Made by a program: the position numbers and the translations under genes. From Limisphaerales bacterium (lineage in GTDB: Bacteria; Verrucomicrobiota; Verrucomicrobiia; Limisphaerales; UBA11358), in NCBI GenBank assembly GCA_003134375.1, contig PLAY01000065.1, positions 158 through 64,157 of the forward strand: DNA of 64,000 nt, in the 5' to 3' direction. Positions 30,612 to 40,784 of this stretch are shown in pieces (the stretch's first letter is position 1; each line of letters opens with the position of its first letter). The notes under the pieces were generated by a model. The model ran no database searches, was not told the DNA's origin, and saw only the letters and a program-made list of their open reading frames with translations.

Positions 30612-32645
30612 GTGGAACTGAATCGCACTATGGAATTTGAACCACTAAAAGTTTTACTCGTTGGCAATGACAAGCGTTTTGCGCACGACGTCGCGGAAAT
30701 GTTGCGCGCGGGCGGCGGCGTGACCGAAGTCGCCACGGCGGCGACTTTGGAAGCCGGGCTGGCGGAATTGGCGGCCCATTCGTACCACGCCGTTTTGTTT
30801 GAACTCCCCTCCGAAAATGCCGCCGGTCTGTTCCAAGTCACGCAACTCACCATCAAAATCCGGCGTCTGCCGATTGTGGTGTTCGGACCGGGCAACGACG
30901 GGATATTTGGGACGGAAATCATCGGAGCGGGCGCGCAAGATTACCTGGCCAAAGATGAAATTGACCCGCGCACGTTGCAACACGCCCTGCGCTGCGCGAT
31001 TGAACGCCAGCAGGAATACAACGCGTTGATTGATGAAAAAGACAATTACTGCGGCATCTTCGACCACCTGATGGAGGGGGTTTTTCGCACGACGCCGGAC
31101 GGTCACTATTTGCTGGCGAACGTGGCCCTGGCCCGCATTTACGGTTACGACTCGCCGTTGGAGTTGATGGCGAGCATCAAGGACATTGCGCACCGGCTTT
31201 ATGTCGAACCGGGGCGGCGCGAGGAATTCGTCCAGTTGATGCAGGAGCACGACACGCTGAGCGGCTTCGAGTCCAAAATTTACCGCAAGGACGGGACCAT
31301 CATCTGGATTTCGGAAAATTGCCGGGCGGTGCGCGGAGAGCAGGGCCAGTTGCTTTACTACGAAGGCACGGTCGAGGACATCACGCAGCAGCGGCAAATG
31401 GAGCAGGAATTGCAGAATTCGGAGTCGCTTTACCATTCGCTGGTGGAGACGATGCCGCAAAACGTTTTTCGGAAAGACCCGCTGGGGCGGTTCACCTTTG
31501 CCAACCAGCAATACTGCAATCATTATCACTGCCGGCTGGAGGACATCCTCGGCAAAACGGATTTCGATTTCTTCCCGAAGGAGCTGGCGGAACAATATCA
31601 AAAAGACGACCAGCGGGTCATGCAAACCGGTCAGACCTACGAAATCACCGAGGAACATCACCCTTTGGGGCAGGACAAACGAATCACCCGGGTCGTCAAA
31701 ACCCCGCTTTACGGGGCGGACGGAAACATCATCGGATTGCAGGGCATTTTCTGGGACATCACCGAGCAACAACTCGCGGAGGAACGGATCCGCCAAGCCA
31801 ACATCGAATTGGCCCGCAGCCGCGAGGACCTGCGTGTCAAAAATTCAATCATGGAGGAAAACCTCCACATGGCCCGCGAAATCCAGCTCACGATGCTGCC
31901 GCAGCAATATCCGGTTTTTCCCCCCGGCACTCCACCCGAACAAAGCGCCTTTCAATTCGTCCATCGTTATCAAGCCGCCGAAACGGTGAGCGGCGATTTT
32001 TTCAGCGTCTATGCGCTTTCGGACACGGAAGCTGCCGTCTTCATTTGCGACGTGACCGGCCACGGGGTCCGCGCCGCGCTCGTCACCGCCATGATCCGCG
32101 CGCTGGCGGAGGAATTGAAGCCGCTGGCGCGCGAGCCCGGAAATTTTTTGCGCAAGCTCAATTCCGATTTGTGCAGCATCCTTAAAAGCACCGGTTCGCC
32201 AATGCTGACCACGGCCTTTTACCTGGTAGCTGACTGGCGGACCGGCAAAATGCGTTTTGCCAACGCCGGGCACCCCAAGCCACTGCTCCTCCACCGCCCC
32301 GCAGGCAAAATCGAGCCGCTCATCAACGCTTCCACCCGGAGCGAACCGGTGCTCGGATTGTTCGACAACCCGACGTATCAAACCAGTGAAGTCACCCTCG
32401 CCCCGGGTGATTTGGTGATGCTGTTCACCGATGGCCTTTACGAAGTACAGGGGCAGAATGAGGAATTGTATTCCCAGGAACGGCTGATGCTGGACGTGCA
32501 AAACCTGCTGCAAAAGCCCCCCGCGCAAATGTTCGACCAGTTGATCGAAGTCATCCGCACGTTTGCCGTCAGCGGGGAATTTGACGACGACGTCTGCCTC
32601 GTTGGCATGGAATACCCCGGCCAAACGCCGGAGAAAAAATCGTGA
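30612..32645 (+). CDS. pseudo-receiver + 2x PAS + PP2C (SpoIIE/RsbU-type) phosphatase
   Basis: N-terminal REC-like fold with LLVGND and AVLFELPS, so Glu sits where the phospho-Asp is expected. Two PAS modules. C-terminal SGDFF...DVTGHG...FTDGL...DD is a PP2C pattern. Confidence 0.8.
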   Translation: MELNRTMEFEPLKVLLVGNDKRFAHDVAEMLRAGGGVTEVATAATLEAGLAELAAHSYHAVLFELPSENAAGLFQVTQLTIKIRRLPIVVFGPGNDGIFGTEIIGAGAQDYLAKDEIDPRTLQHALRCAIERQQEYNALIDEKDNYCGIFDHLMEGVFRTTPDGHYLLANVALARIYGYDSPLELMASIKDIAHRLYVEPGRREEFVQLMQEHDTLSGFESKIYRKDGTIIWISENCRAVRGEQGQLLYYEGTVEDITQQRQMEQELQNSESLYHSLVETMPQNVFRKDPLGRFTFANQQYCNHYHCRLEDILGKTDFDFFPKELAEQYQKDDQRVMQTGQTYEITEEHHPLGQDKRITRVVKTPLYGADGNIIGLQGIFWDITEQQLAEERIRQANIELARSREDLRVKNSIMEENLHMAREIQLTMLPQQYPVFPPGTPPEQSAFQFVHRYQAAETVSGDFFSVYALSDTEAAVFICDVTGHGVRAALVTAMIRALAEELKPLAREPGNFLRKLNSDLCSILKSTGSPMLTTAFYLVADWRTGKMRFANAGHPKPLLLHRPAGKIEPLINASTRSEPVLGLFDNPTYQTSEVTLAPGDLVMLFTDGLYEVQGQNEELYSQERLMLDVQNLLQKPPAQMFDQLIEVIRTFAVSGEFDDDVCLVGMEYPGQTPEKKS

Positions 32646-32678
32646 TCCCCATTGCGTAATTTCAGGAATTCAAAACCG

Positions 32679-35600
32679 TCACTTTGCGTTCAAAGCCGAC
32701 CCAATCGCCGTCATGATCCCCCCGCCCCGAAGGCCTTGCGCGATGATTTTTCCGTCCGGGCCGATCAGGAAAATGGACGGGATGCCGCGGACGCTGTAAT
32801 CCTTCGTCACGTTGTCCTTGGACCAGTCGCCGAGGAATCCTTGCAGCCATTTGATGTCGTGATCCTGGGCGAATTTTTTTGGGAGGCCGGCCTTTTGGTC
32901 GAGGCTCAAGCTGATCATCACGAAACGCGAATCGCTGCCATAGGCGTCATAGGCGGCCTTCAGATGGGGCGTTTCGGCAACGCACGGTCCACACCACGTC
33001 GCCCAGAAATCCAGCAGCACATATTTGCCGCGAAAATCGGAAAGCTTCAGCGGCTGGTCGTCGAGCATCTTGACGCTGAAATCGGGGGCCGGGTCGCCCA
33101 GGTTCAAATGTTTCACCACCTTCACCACGATTTCGCCAAGGTCAAACGGCGCGTCGGGATCGTTCGTGGGGCTTTCCGGCACGACCACCTCCCGGCTGTC
33201 AACTTCCGCCACAGTAACGGAGCTGCCCCAGAAATTGCCGCTCAAGGTGTATTTTCCGGGCGCGACCGATTCGCCACGCAAGGTGCCGTCGGCCTTCATC
33301 TGCAGCTGGCCGCCTTTTCTTTGCGCCCCGGCAAATTTTTTCCCGGCGTCGGTTTTGATCCAGTCCTGATACCATTTTTGGATTTTGTCCGGCGTGTCCA
33401 ATCCTTCCGGAATCGGCGGCTGGGCCACATCGGGGCGGAGAAAAATGTTGCCCTGTTCCAGGTTTACATCAGCGGGCAAATCAGCGCTTCGCTTCCAGTG
33501 ACCAGTCACCTCGCGGCCGTTGAGGGCGACTTGAACAATGTTCGTTTCTCCGGGTTTGACCTTGAGGGATTGCAATTCCAAATAGGACCAGGAACGTTCC
33601 GTCATCGGCTGTTTCAATTCGATGCGAATCGGCCCTGGCGGAACATGCGGAAATGTGAAATGTCCCTGCGCATCCACCATCACCGGGTTTTTGTCCCACA
33701 AGTTGCGCTGCTCCGAACCGTCGCCGGCAAAGAAATACAATTCCCGCCCCGGCAACGGTCGTCCATGGTTCAGCAAAGTGCCGTCAACCCGGCCCCACGG
33801 CTGCAACGTCAGCGTGAGGCTGTTGGTGAAATCGGACTGTGAAACCAGGGCAAAACCGGCGGGCGAAGCCGCAACCAGGCTGAAATTGCCGGTTTGCGGC
33901 GGCAGTTCAAAATGGCCGTCGGCATCCGTCTCGTAATTCTCGCTGTCCTGGTTTTGATTGCTCAATTCCGTTCCGTCCAGTTGCAGATAATCCCGTGTCG
34001 CAGCCAGAAACACTTTCACGCCAGCGGCCGGTTTGCCATCCGCGGTTTTGACCTGGGCGATGGTGGCCGGAGTTTTTTTCAATTTCACGTCCCACGTCAC
34101 CACGCCTTCGTTTGGTTTGATGGCGCGCGACTGCTCCGGGGCGTAACCGGGCGCCGAAATTTGAAAGACGAAATCATACGGCGTCGGGCCGATAATGATG
34201 GGGGTGTCGAAATGAACTTCGTAACGGCCCGCCCCGCCCTCGCTGGCCCGCCGCTTTTCAAACCGCGCCCCGCCGGCGCCTTCCGGCCAGCCCGGGGTGA
34301 CTTTGAATTTGGCGACCGGCTCGCCGGTGTCCGTGTCGGTCACGGAACCTTTGACGGTGAGCGGGCTGGCAAGAGTAAAGGTCGTGATGTTGGTGGTGCC
34401 GGTCTGGATGGGAGTCCACTCCAAGACCATGTAACCGCCCTTGACGATGGTCAGCAAAATGGGATGTCCGGGCGCGGAATCCCATGTGAATTCGCCGTCG
34501 GGATTGCTCTTTGTCTTCCATTCAATCGTCCGGCCGCTGAAGATTCCATGCCGGTCGGCCAGGCCGTCATACGAAATCTCCGCGCCTTCCACCGGCTTGC
34601 CAGCGGTGTCCACCACGCGCCCGTAAATGACCTTGCCGGGTTTCAAAATCACATCCTGCGGCGCGTTGCTCGCGGTGACGGTGACGGTGCGGAATTCCGG
34701 CGCAAAGCCGGGCGCGCTGATGGTCAGATAATTTTCGCCAAGACCAAGGTTCTTCAAATTAAAATTTCCGTCGCCATCTGCATTCGTCTTGATTGCGCCG
34801 CTCATGTAGCGGTCGAAACCGACAAACACCGTCGTGTTCGCCAACGGACGACCCGCTTCATCGCGAACCGTGCCGGACAATTTGCAACCGCTGCTTAATT
34901 TCAACACCGCCTTGCCGCTGAAGAAATCCGCCGTGCTGACGTGGTTGCCCTGAAAGCCGCGCTGGCCCGGCCCGTCTGCGAAAAATTGCGCCTGCGGAAA
35001 ATCGGGATGCGTGACGGTCACGCCGAAATCCTGATAGTTCTCCGGCAGACCTTGAATGCTCCAATGGCCGGCGGCATCGGTCTTGCCGGATTCAGTGGGT
35101 AGGGACACCCGGTCTCCCGACGCGTTGTCAGTGCCGTAATTGATGAAACGCACTTCCGCCCCGGCCACCGGCTGACCCGCTTGATCCAGCACCACGCCTT
35201 GAATCGTCGCCCGGCCGACGGTGAGACGATATGTGATTTCACCCGGGATATTGCCGCTCTGCCAAATTCCTGTCCGGCCCACATAGCCTGTCTTGCTCAA
35301 CTCAAGCCCCACATAACTCGTCCGGCCAACCGGATATTTCACCAGCGCCACGCCATTGGTTGAAGTCAAAATCGCGTCGGCCACCACGCCTTCATCGTCC
35401 ACGCTCATGTAGGGATAAACTTCCGCGCCGATAATGGGCGCGCCGGTTTCCTTGTCCACGACGCGCACCTTCAAAGCCCCGTCAAAATTGCCGCTCGGCT
35501 CCAACGGCATCGCTGCCGTGACTTCCCGATGCGGATCGCTCCCGGCCACCGTGGCCGCGACCAGCGCATAGGAAGCGCGGGTGCGGGTGGAAATGGCGTC

Positions 35601-36332
35601 CAAGCTGTCCACAGTCTTGTCCGGAAACGGATTATGCAGCACACTCTTGAACAGGCGTCCGGTGCCTTTGTAAACGCCCGGGCCGCGCCAGATGATTTTC
35701 GTGTCCGGATCGGCGACGATTTCCTGCTCCTCCGACAACAACCGGGCCCAGTCGCTGACCTGGAAGTTGTAGCGGATGGTAAAGTCGTAACGGGTGCCGT
35801 CCGCGTAATGCAGGCGGAGAATGGCGACCGGACAGCCATAATACTCCCGCCATTGCACGGCGTGAATCAGGTGCAGCTCGTCAAATTTCCGGCCGATTTT
35901 GATTCCCGAAACTTCGTCCCGGCGGACATCATTGCGGTCGGCAGAACTTTTGCCATAAAGGTATATCTCACCGTCCACATCAAACGGCAGGCCGTCCACG
36001 ATTTTGTGTCCGAAATAGCCTTGGTAACTGCTGTTGGTGTCTTTTGGCCCCACGAACAGCTTGCTGTAAAACGGCTTTAAATCGAGAACGTATGGCAGCG
36101 GATTGCCGGAGGCGGCGGCGTTTGAAGCAGTTGGCTTTTCATCTTTCTTCGCGTCCGTCAGGCAGCCGGCGGTGATGACCGCCACCGGGAGCCACAGCGC
36201 CCATCGCCACCGCGGCGTGAGCCGCCGGCGAAAGAACCACTGCGCCAGCCGCCCCACCAGAACCAGCGCGCCGGCCGGCATCGAAGTGCGGCCAGACGCG
36301 GACAGAAATTGAGCCGCATTTATTATTTTCAT
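32679..36332 (-). CDS. giant lipoprotein: CarboxypepD_reg-like Ig repeats + C-terminal TlpA-like thioredoxin domain
   Basis: Start taken at ATG 36332. Lipobox LPVAVITAGC. Repeated G.V.D..G.P..GA.V modules. The C-terminus has LLDFWATWCGPCVAETPHL (a CxxC thioredoxin fold). Confidence 0.7.
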   Translation of the reverse strand: MKIINAAQFLSASGRTSMPAGALVLVGRLAQWFFRRRLTPRWRWALWLPVAVITAGCLTDAKKDEKPTASNAAASGNPLPYVLDLKPFYSKLFVGPKDTNSSYQGYFGHKIVDGLPFDVDGEIYLYGKSSADRNDVRRDEVSGIKIGRKFDELHLIHAVQWREYYGCPVAILRLHYADGTRYDFTIRYNFQVSDWARLLSEEQEIVADPDTKIIWRGPGVYKGTGRLFKSVLHNPFPDKTVDSLDAISTRTRASYALVAATVAGSDPHREVTAAMPLEPSGNFDGALKVRVVDKETGAPIIGAEVYPYMSVDDEGVVADAILTSTNGVALVKYPVGRTSYVGLELSKTGYVGRTGIWQSGNIPGEITYRLTVGRATIQGVVLDQAGQPVAGAEVRFINYGTDNASGDRVSLPTESGKTDAAGHWSIQGLPENYQDFGVTVTHPDFPQAQFFADGPGQRGFQGNHVSTADFFSGKAVLKLSSGCKLSGTVRDEAGRPLANTTVFVGFDRYMSGAIKTNADGDGNFNLKNLGLGENYLTISAPGFAPEFRTVTVTASNAPQDVILKPGKVIYGRVVDTAGKPVEGAEISYDGLADRHGIFSGRTIEWKTKSNPDGEFTWDSAPGHPILLTIVKGGYMVLEWTPIQTGTTNITTFTLASPLTVKGSVTDTDTGEPVAKFKVTPGWPEGAGGARFEKRRASEGGAGRYEVHFDTPIIIGPTPYDFVFQISAPGYAPEQSRAIKPNEGVVTWDVKLKKTPATIAQVKTADGKPAAGVKVFLAATRDYLQLDGTELSNQNQDSENYETDADGHFELPPQTGNFSLVAASPAGFALVSQSDFTNSLTLTLQPWGRVDGTLLNHGRPLPGRELYFFAGDGSEQRNLWDKNPVMVDAQGHFTFPHVPPGPIRIELKQPMTERSWSYLELQSLKVKPGETNIVQVALNGREVTGHWKRSADLPADVNLEQGNIFLRPDVAQPPIPEGLDTPDKIQKWYQDWIKTDAGKKFAGAQRKGGQLQMKADGTLRGESVAPGKYTLSGNFWGSSVTVAEVDSREVVVPESPTNDPDAPFDLGEIVVKVVKHLNLGDPAPDFSVKMLDDQPLKLSDFRGKYVLLDFWATWCGPCVAETPHLKAAYDAYGSDSRFVMISLSLDQKAGLPKKFAQDHDIKWLQGFLGDWSKDNVTKDYSVRGIPSIFLIGPDGKIIAQGLRGGGIMTAIGSALNAK

Positions 36333-36529
36333 GATTTTCTCCCGGGTTTGCTCACAATTGTAATCCGCCCAAAGACGCCACGCGTAGTCGAAATAGTCAA
36401 GCGCCCTTTTTGAAGGGTTAAAATCAGCCAGGTCACGTCTGGACGAGCGCAAACCGCCAATGAACCGCGGCAAGTCTCTGCGGGGCAACGAGCAGTTGCT
36501 TCACCTTGACTCGTGGAATTCGTGTCTGG

Positions 36530-38365
36530 CTATTCGGACAGGATTTTAATGGAACGGCTTTTCTCGGAACGTTTTCTGGCCGTTTCATTCAGAATCTTCT
36601 TTCGCAACCGCAGATTTTTCGGCGTCGCTTCCACGTACTCGTCCACGTCAATGTATTCCAGCGCGCGTTCGAGGCTCAACTTCAACGGCGCGGTGAGCTG
36701 GATGCCCTTGCCATCGCCCACCGACCGCATATTGGTCAGCCTTTTCGCCTTGCAGGGGTTCACCGGGATGTCGTTTTCGCGCGCATTTTCGCCCACAATC
36801 ATGCCGGCGTAAACGGCGTCGCCCGGTTCCACCATCAGGCGGCCGCGTTCCTGAATCATGTTCAGGGCATAGGCCATCGCCTGGCCGTTTTCCATGCTGA
36901 CGAGCGAACCGTTCTTGCGCGCGGCGATTTCCCCGCGGTCGGGGCCGTATTCGTGAAAGAGATGGCTCATCACGCCAAGACCGCGCGTCTGGTTCACCAG
37001 GTCGGTCTCAAACCCAATCAGGCCGCGCATGGGAACCAGCGCTTCGATGGTCACCTGGTCGCCATGATGATTCATGCTGGTGATTTCGGCCTTGCGGCCG
37101 GAAAGGTTTTCCATGATGGCGCCCATGAATTCCTGCGGAATCTCGAGGAATAATTTTTCAATCGGCTCCAGCATGTTGCCGTTGGCGTCCTTTTTGTAGA
37201 GCACTTCGGGGCGCGAAACCAAAACCTCGTAGCCTTCGCGCCGCATTTGCTCGACGAGGATGGCGATTTGCATTTCACCGCGGCCCTCGACTTCAAAGAT
37301 TTTCGGATCGGCGGTCTGCCGGATGCGCAATGCGACGTTGGTGCGGATTTCCTTTTGCAGCCGCTCCCAAATGTGGCGCGCGGTGACCAGCTTGCCGTCC
37401 TGACCGGCGAGCGGGCTGTCGTTCACGGCAAATTCCATCTGGATCGTCGGCGGATCAATCGGGATGTAAGGCAGCGCGCCGCGTTCCGGTTTGTCCGCGA
37501 TGGTCTCGCCGATGAACACGTCCTCAAAACCGGTGATGCCGACGATGTCGCCCGCGTGCGCCTCCTGCACTTCGATGCGTTTCAAACCTTCAAACTGGTA
37601 AATCATCGTGATTTTGCCCTGGGTGATCTTGCCGTGGCCGTGCAGGCAGCAGGCCGTCTCACCCACTTTCACCTTGCCCGCCATGATTTTACCGAAGGCG
37701 ATGCGCCCGAGGTAATCACTGTAATCGAGGTTGGCAACGAGCACCTGGAAACCTTCGCCCGCCTTGGCGTGTGGCGGGGGGATGTGCTTGATGATGGCGT
37801 CGAAGAGCGGTTCCATCGTGCCGGCAACGTGTTCCAGTTCCACCTTGGCATAACCATCCTTGGCCGAGCAATAGATGAACGGAAAATCGAGCTGCTCGTC
37901 CGTGGCGTTGAGCGAAATGAACAGCTCGAACACCTGGTCGAGCACTTTTTTGGGATTGGCATTCTCGCGGTCAATCTTGTTGATGACCACAATCGGCTTG
38001 GCGCCGGCTTCGAGCGCCTTGCGCAGCACGAAACGGGTTTGCGCCTGCGGGCCATCGGCGGCGTCCACCACCAGCAGCACGCCGTCAATCATGTTCATGA
38101 TGCGCTCGACCTCGCCCCCGAAATCAGCGTGACCGGGGGTGTCCACGATGTTGACGTGGTAAATCTTGTATTTGAACGCGGCATTCTTGGCGCGGATGGT
38201 GATGCCCTTTTCCTTTTCCAAATCCATGGAATCCATCAGGCGTTCGTCGGTGGATTCATGCTGGTTGGCGCGGAAGGTGCCCGACTGTTTGAGCAGGCAA
38301 TCCACGAGCGTTGTCTTGCCGTGGTCCACGTGCGCGATGATGGCGATATTCCTGATGTGCTGCAT
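36530..38365 (-). CDS. typA: translational GTPase TypA/BipA
   Basis: [38 protein letters not shown]. 611 aa. Confidence 0.96.
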   Translation of the reverse strand: MQHIRNIAIIAHVDHGKTTLVDCLLKQSGTFRANQHESTDERLMDSMDLEKEKGITIRAKNAAFKYKIYHVNIVDTPGHADFGGEVERIMNMIDGVLLVVDAADGPQAQTRFVLRKALEAGAKPIVVINKIDRENANPKKVLDQVFELFISLNATDEQLDFPFIYCSAKDGYAKVELEHVAGTMEPLFDAIIKHIPPPHAKAGEGFQVLVANLDYSDYLGRIAFGKIMAGKVKVGETACCLHGHGKITQGKITMIYQFEGLKRIEVQEAHAGDIVGITGFEDVFIGETIADKPERGALPYIPIDPPTIQMEFAVNDSPLAGQDGKLVTARHIWERLQKEIRTNVALRIRQTADPKIFEVEGRGEMQIAILVEQMRREGYEVLVSRPEVLYKKDANGNMLEPIEKLFLEIPQEFMGAIMENLSGRKAEITSMNHHGDQVTIEALVPMRGLIGFETDLVNQTRGLGVMSHLFHEYGPDRGEIAARKNGSLVSMENGQAMAYALNMIQERGRLMVEPGDAVYAGMIVGENARENDIPVNPCKAKRLTNMRSVGDGKGIQLTAPLKLSLERALEYIDVDEYVEATPKNLRLRKKILNETARKRSEKSRSIKILSE

Positions 38366-38456
38366 AATTTTTCAAACCGAATCGAATAGAATGCCTTTTT
38401 GGGGGAAAAGGTCAAGAAATGTCTGCCTTGAAAATTAGTCCCGCGTCGGATATGGT

Positions 38457-38672
38457 ATGGACATGACGGCAACGACGGTTATCGAAGAAATCAAACACCT
38501 GCCTCGCACGGAGCAATCTCGCGTGCTCCAATTTGCCTTTGAACTCGCGCGTGAGCGCCAACTCTCCGGAGAAGAATTAGCCATTCTCGCGCAGCGCATG
38601 GTTGAATCCGCAGACCCCGCCGAAGTCAAAAAATTGCGGGATGAAATCCATCGCGGCTTTTACGGCGAATAG
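38457..38672 (+). CDS. small antitoxin-like protein (DUF2281-like N-terminal motif)
   Basis: 71 aa. The motif VIEEIKHLPRTEQSRVLQFAFEL resembles the LP..EQ..V..F leader of DUF2281/addiction-module antidotes. There is a 2-nt gap to the next ORF. Confidence 0.5.
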   Translation: MDMTATTVIEEIKHLPRTEQSRVLQFAFELARERQLSGEELAILAQRMVESADPAEVKKLRDEIHRGFYGE

Positions 38673-38674
38673 CC

Positions 38675-38920
38675 ATGCCGCGAATTCGCCGTCACAATCT
38701 TCCGCCGCGCCTGCTCGATCATTTGCTCGACCGCGTCAGCAGTCGAAATATTTCCTCAGCGCAGCTTGGACTTTTGGCGGACTGGCTCCGCGCCGAACCC
38801 GAAGTGCCGACGGGCAAGTGGTTCAAGAAATTTCCCGGCATGACCGTTTGCGGCGAAGGCGAACTCATCAAAACCTTCTTACAGCTCGGCCAGACCGCCA
38901 CGGGCGAAGAATTAAATTAG
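38675..38920 (+). CDS. hypothetical 81-aa protein, partner of the antitoxin-like gene
   Basis: MPRIRRHNLPPRLLDHLL...KWFKKFPGMTVCGEGELIKTFL. Protein-like composition and tight coupling to the upstream ORF. Family not recognised. Confidence 0.5.
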   Translation: MPRIRRHNLPPRLLDHLLDRVSSRNISSAQLGLLADWLRAEPEVPTGKWFKKFPGMTVCGEGELIKTFLQLGQTATGEELN

Positions 38921-39070
38921 GCTGGACAGCACGGTTTTTGAAAAGAAAGGGTCAAGCCGCGCGTGGGGAAATTTTGATTGTCATCTGTCCGTAACACAAT
39001 TGCCGCCTTTCAAACCGTCCCTGCCAGTTAAAATAACGCTTTTTGTGTTTTACGCCCGCCCTCACCTGTA

Positions 39071-39090
39071 TCCTCTCCCCGGGGAGAGGA
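39071..39090. repeat. perfect 20-bp palindrome TCCTCTCCCCGGGGAGAGGA in a non-coding repeat-rich spacer
   Basis: Read directly from the sequence. The surrounding 38921-39371 has no convincing ORF. Confidence 0.6.
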
Positions 39091-39371
39091 TTTTAGCAAT
39101 CACGGTCTCGGTGATTTGATTGACTGTCCGGCAAATCCAGTCGCGCGAATTTTCAAGGGGACGGCGAACGATTCTCCTTGTCCATATCAAGGTGTGAAGG
39201 TGACGAGGTATTGTGTGGCCTGCAAGTGATGCTGTTGAAGCCAGTCGTAAAAGTAGCCAGTATTCTTCTCCTTTGCCGTTTCGAGGTGGCGCAGTGCCCC
39301 TCTCAAAAGCAAACGGTGTGGGAGGAACTTCCGTTTAACTTTGACATGGACACGGGACGTGGCATGGTGGG

Positions 39372-40502
39372 TTAAACCAGCTTTTTCAACTTCGCGTCCT
39401 CGGCCAGTTTTTTGACCAGTTCCTTGACCTTTTGCGCTTGGCTCTTGTGCGCCAGCAACACCGCGTCGTCGGTCTGCACCAGGATGGAATCGCGCAGGCC
39501 GACCACGGCAATGAGCGTGCGATTTTTTATGCGCGCATCAAAAATGATGTTCCGCGCCGCGTCCACGTGGATGAAATCCGCCACGGCGCAGTTCCCTTCC
39601 GGGTCGGCCTTGAGATGCCGCGCCAGCGCCGTCCAGGAACCGAGATCGTCCCACTCAAACGCGCCGTCGGCCACGATGACGTTCTGCGCATGCTCCATCA
39701 GCGCGTAATCAATCGAGATTTTTTTGATGCCGGGATATTCCTTCGCCAGCACCTTGGCGAGCTTTGCCGGCTGGTTTGCCACTTTGAACCAGCGCTGGCA
39801 GGCCGCATACATTGCCGGCTGATGTTTCTGCAAACCTTCCGTGATGGTCACAAACGACCAGACGAACATGCCGGCGTTCCAGCGATATTGGCCGCTGTTG
39901 ACGTATTCCAGCGCACGATCAAAATGCGGCTTCTCGACAAACTGTTCCGCCCGGAAAAATGTGGTTTTGTATTTCTTTGCGCCCGACGGCGGCGGCAACG
40001 CCTCGCCGACGTGGATGTAGCCGTAACCCGTCGCCGGCTCGGTCGGCTTGATGCCGATGGTCACAATCGCCTGACCGCGACTGGCGAGGTCGAAGGAGTC
40101 ATTCAAAACCTGCTGGAATTTTTTCTCGTCGGGAATGACGTGGTCGGCGGGCAAAACCGCCATGACGCCGGTCGTCGAACGCGCGCCCACCAGCGCCGCG
40201 CCGAGCGTAACAGCGGCGCAAGTGTCGCGGCCCACTGGCTCGGCAATCAGATTTTGTTTGGGGATTTTCGGAAGCTGTTTGCGGACCTCCGGCAATTGCA
40301 CCTCGTTGGTGATGACGAAAATGTTTTTGGCCGGCACCAGCGGCAGCACGCGGTCAACGGCCTGCTGGAGGAACGATCGTTTGCCGAGCAGCGGGAGCAG
40401 TTGCTTGGGCATTTTCTCGCGGCTCACCGGCCAGAACCGCTCGCCGCGCCCGCCCGCCATGATGATGACGAAGCGGTTTTTACTGTCCATTGATGCTTTC
40501 AT
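39372..40502 (-). CDS. manC: mannose-1-phosphate guanylyltransferase
   Basis: IIMAGGRGERFWPVSR nucleotidyl-transferase motif. 376 aa, with no C-terminal PMI/cupin domain. Confidence 0.8.
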   Translation of the reverse strand: MKASMDSKNRFVIIMAGGRGERFWPVSREKMPKQLLPLLGKRSFLQQAVDRVLPLVPAKNIFVITNEVQLPEVRKQLPKIPKQNLIAEPVGRDTCAAVTLGAALVGARSTTGVMAVLPADHVIPDEKKFQQVLNDSFDLASRGQAIVTIGIKPTEPATGYGYIHVGEALPPPSGAKKYKTTFFRAEQFVEKPHFDRALEYVNSGQYRWNAGMFVWSFVTITEGLQKHQPAMYAACQRWFKVANQPAKLAKVLAKEYPGIKKISIDYALMEHAQNVIVADGAFEWDDLGSWTALARHLKADPEGNCAVADFIHVDAARNIIFDARIKNRTLIAVVGLRDSILVQTDDAVLLAHKSQAQKVKELVKKLAEDAKLKKLV

Positions 40503-40710
40503 GGTTTCTGCCGATGATTAAGCGCGAAAAGCACCGGGAATTTCAATGCTAAACCGCGCTCATCCCGCCATCCCGATCAAGGCCAACCGCCCGGAAAGCC
40601 TCAGCCGCCGGAACCCTGTGGTTGGGCGTGGAAAAGGCGCTTTGTCGCTGACGGGTGGTGGCAATTGAACCGTTCTGGTTTGGGCTGAAGGTCCATCAAT
40701 TGCCCGCCAT

Positions 40711-40751
40711 AAAAAAGGTTCGACACGGGATGGCCTCCACATGGCGAACCT
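40711..40751 (-). terminator. possible intrinsic terminator downstream of gene A1
   Basis: The reverse strand reads AGGTTCG..(22-nt loop)..CGAACCT followed by TTTTTT. The large loop makes the call weak. Confidence 0.35.
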
Positions 40752-40784
40752 GATTTTCTAAATTTTGACGGCAACTAAATCAAC

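Noticed and set aside
36333-36488. An N-terminal extension of the giant lipoprotein (track start 36488).
   Set aside because: The extension precedes a plausible ATG (36332) that gives a signal and lipobox region. It has no hydrophobic signal character. The choice of start remains uncertain.
38921-39371. A possible degraded REP-associated (IS200-like) transposase, or the real small gene at 39178..39375.
   Set aside because: The minus-strand translation (...ATQYLVTFTP stop) only vaguely recalls the YFVTF motif, is interrupted by stops, and lacks the HUH/Tyr motifs. I treat the region as a non-coding repeat-rich spacer.
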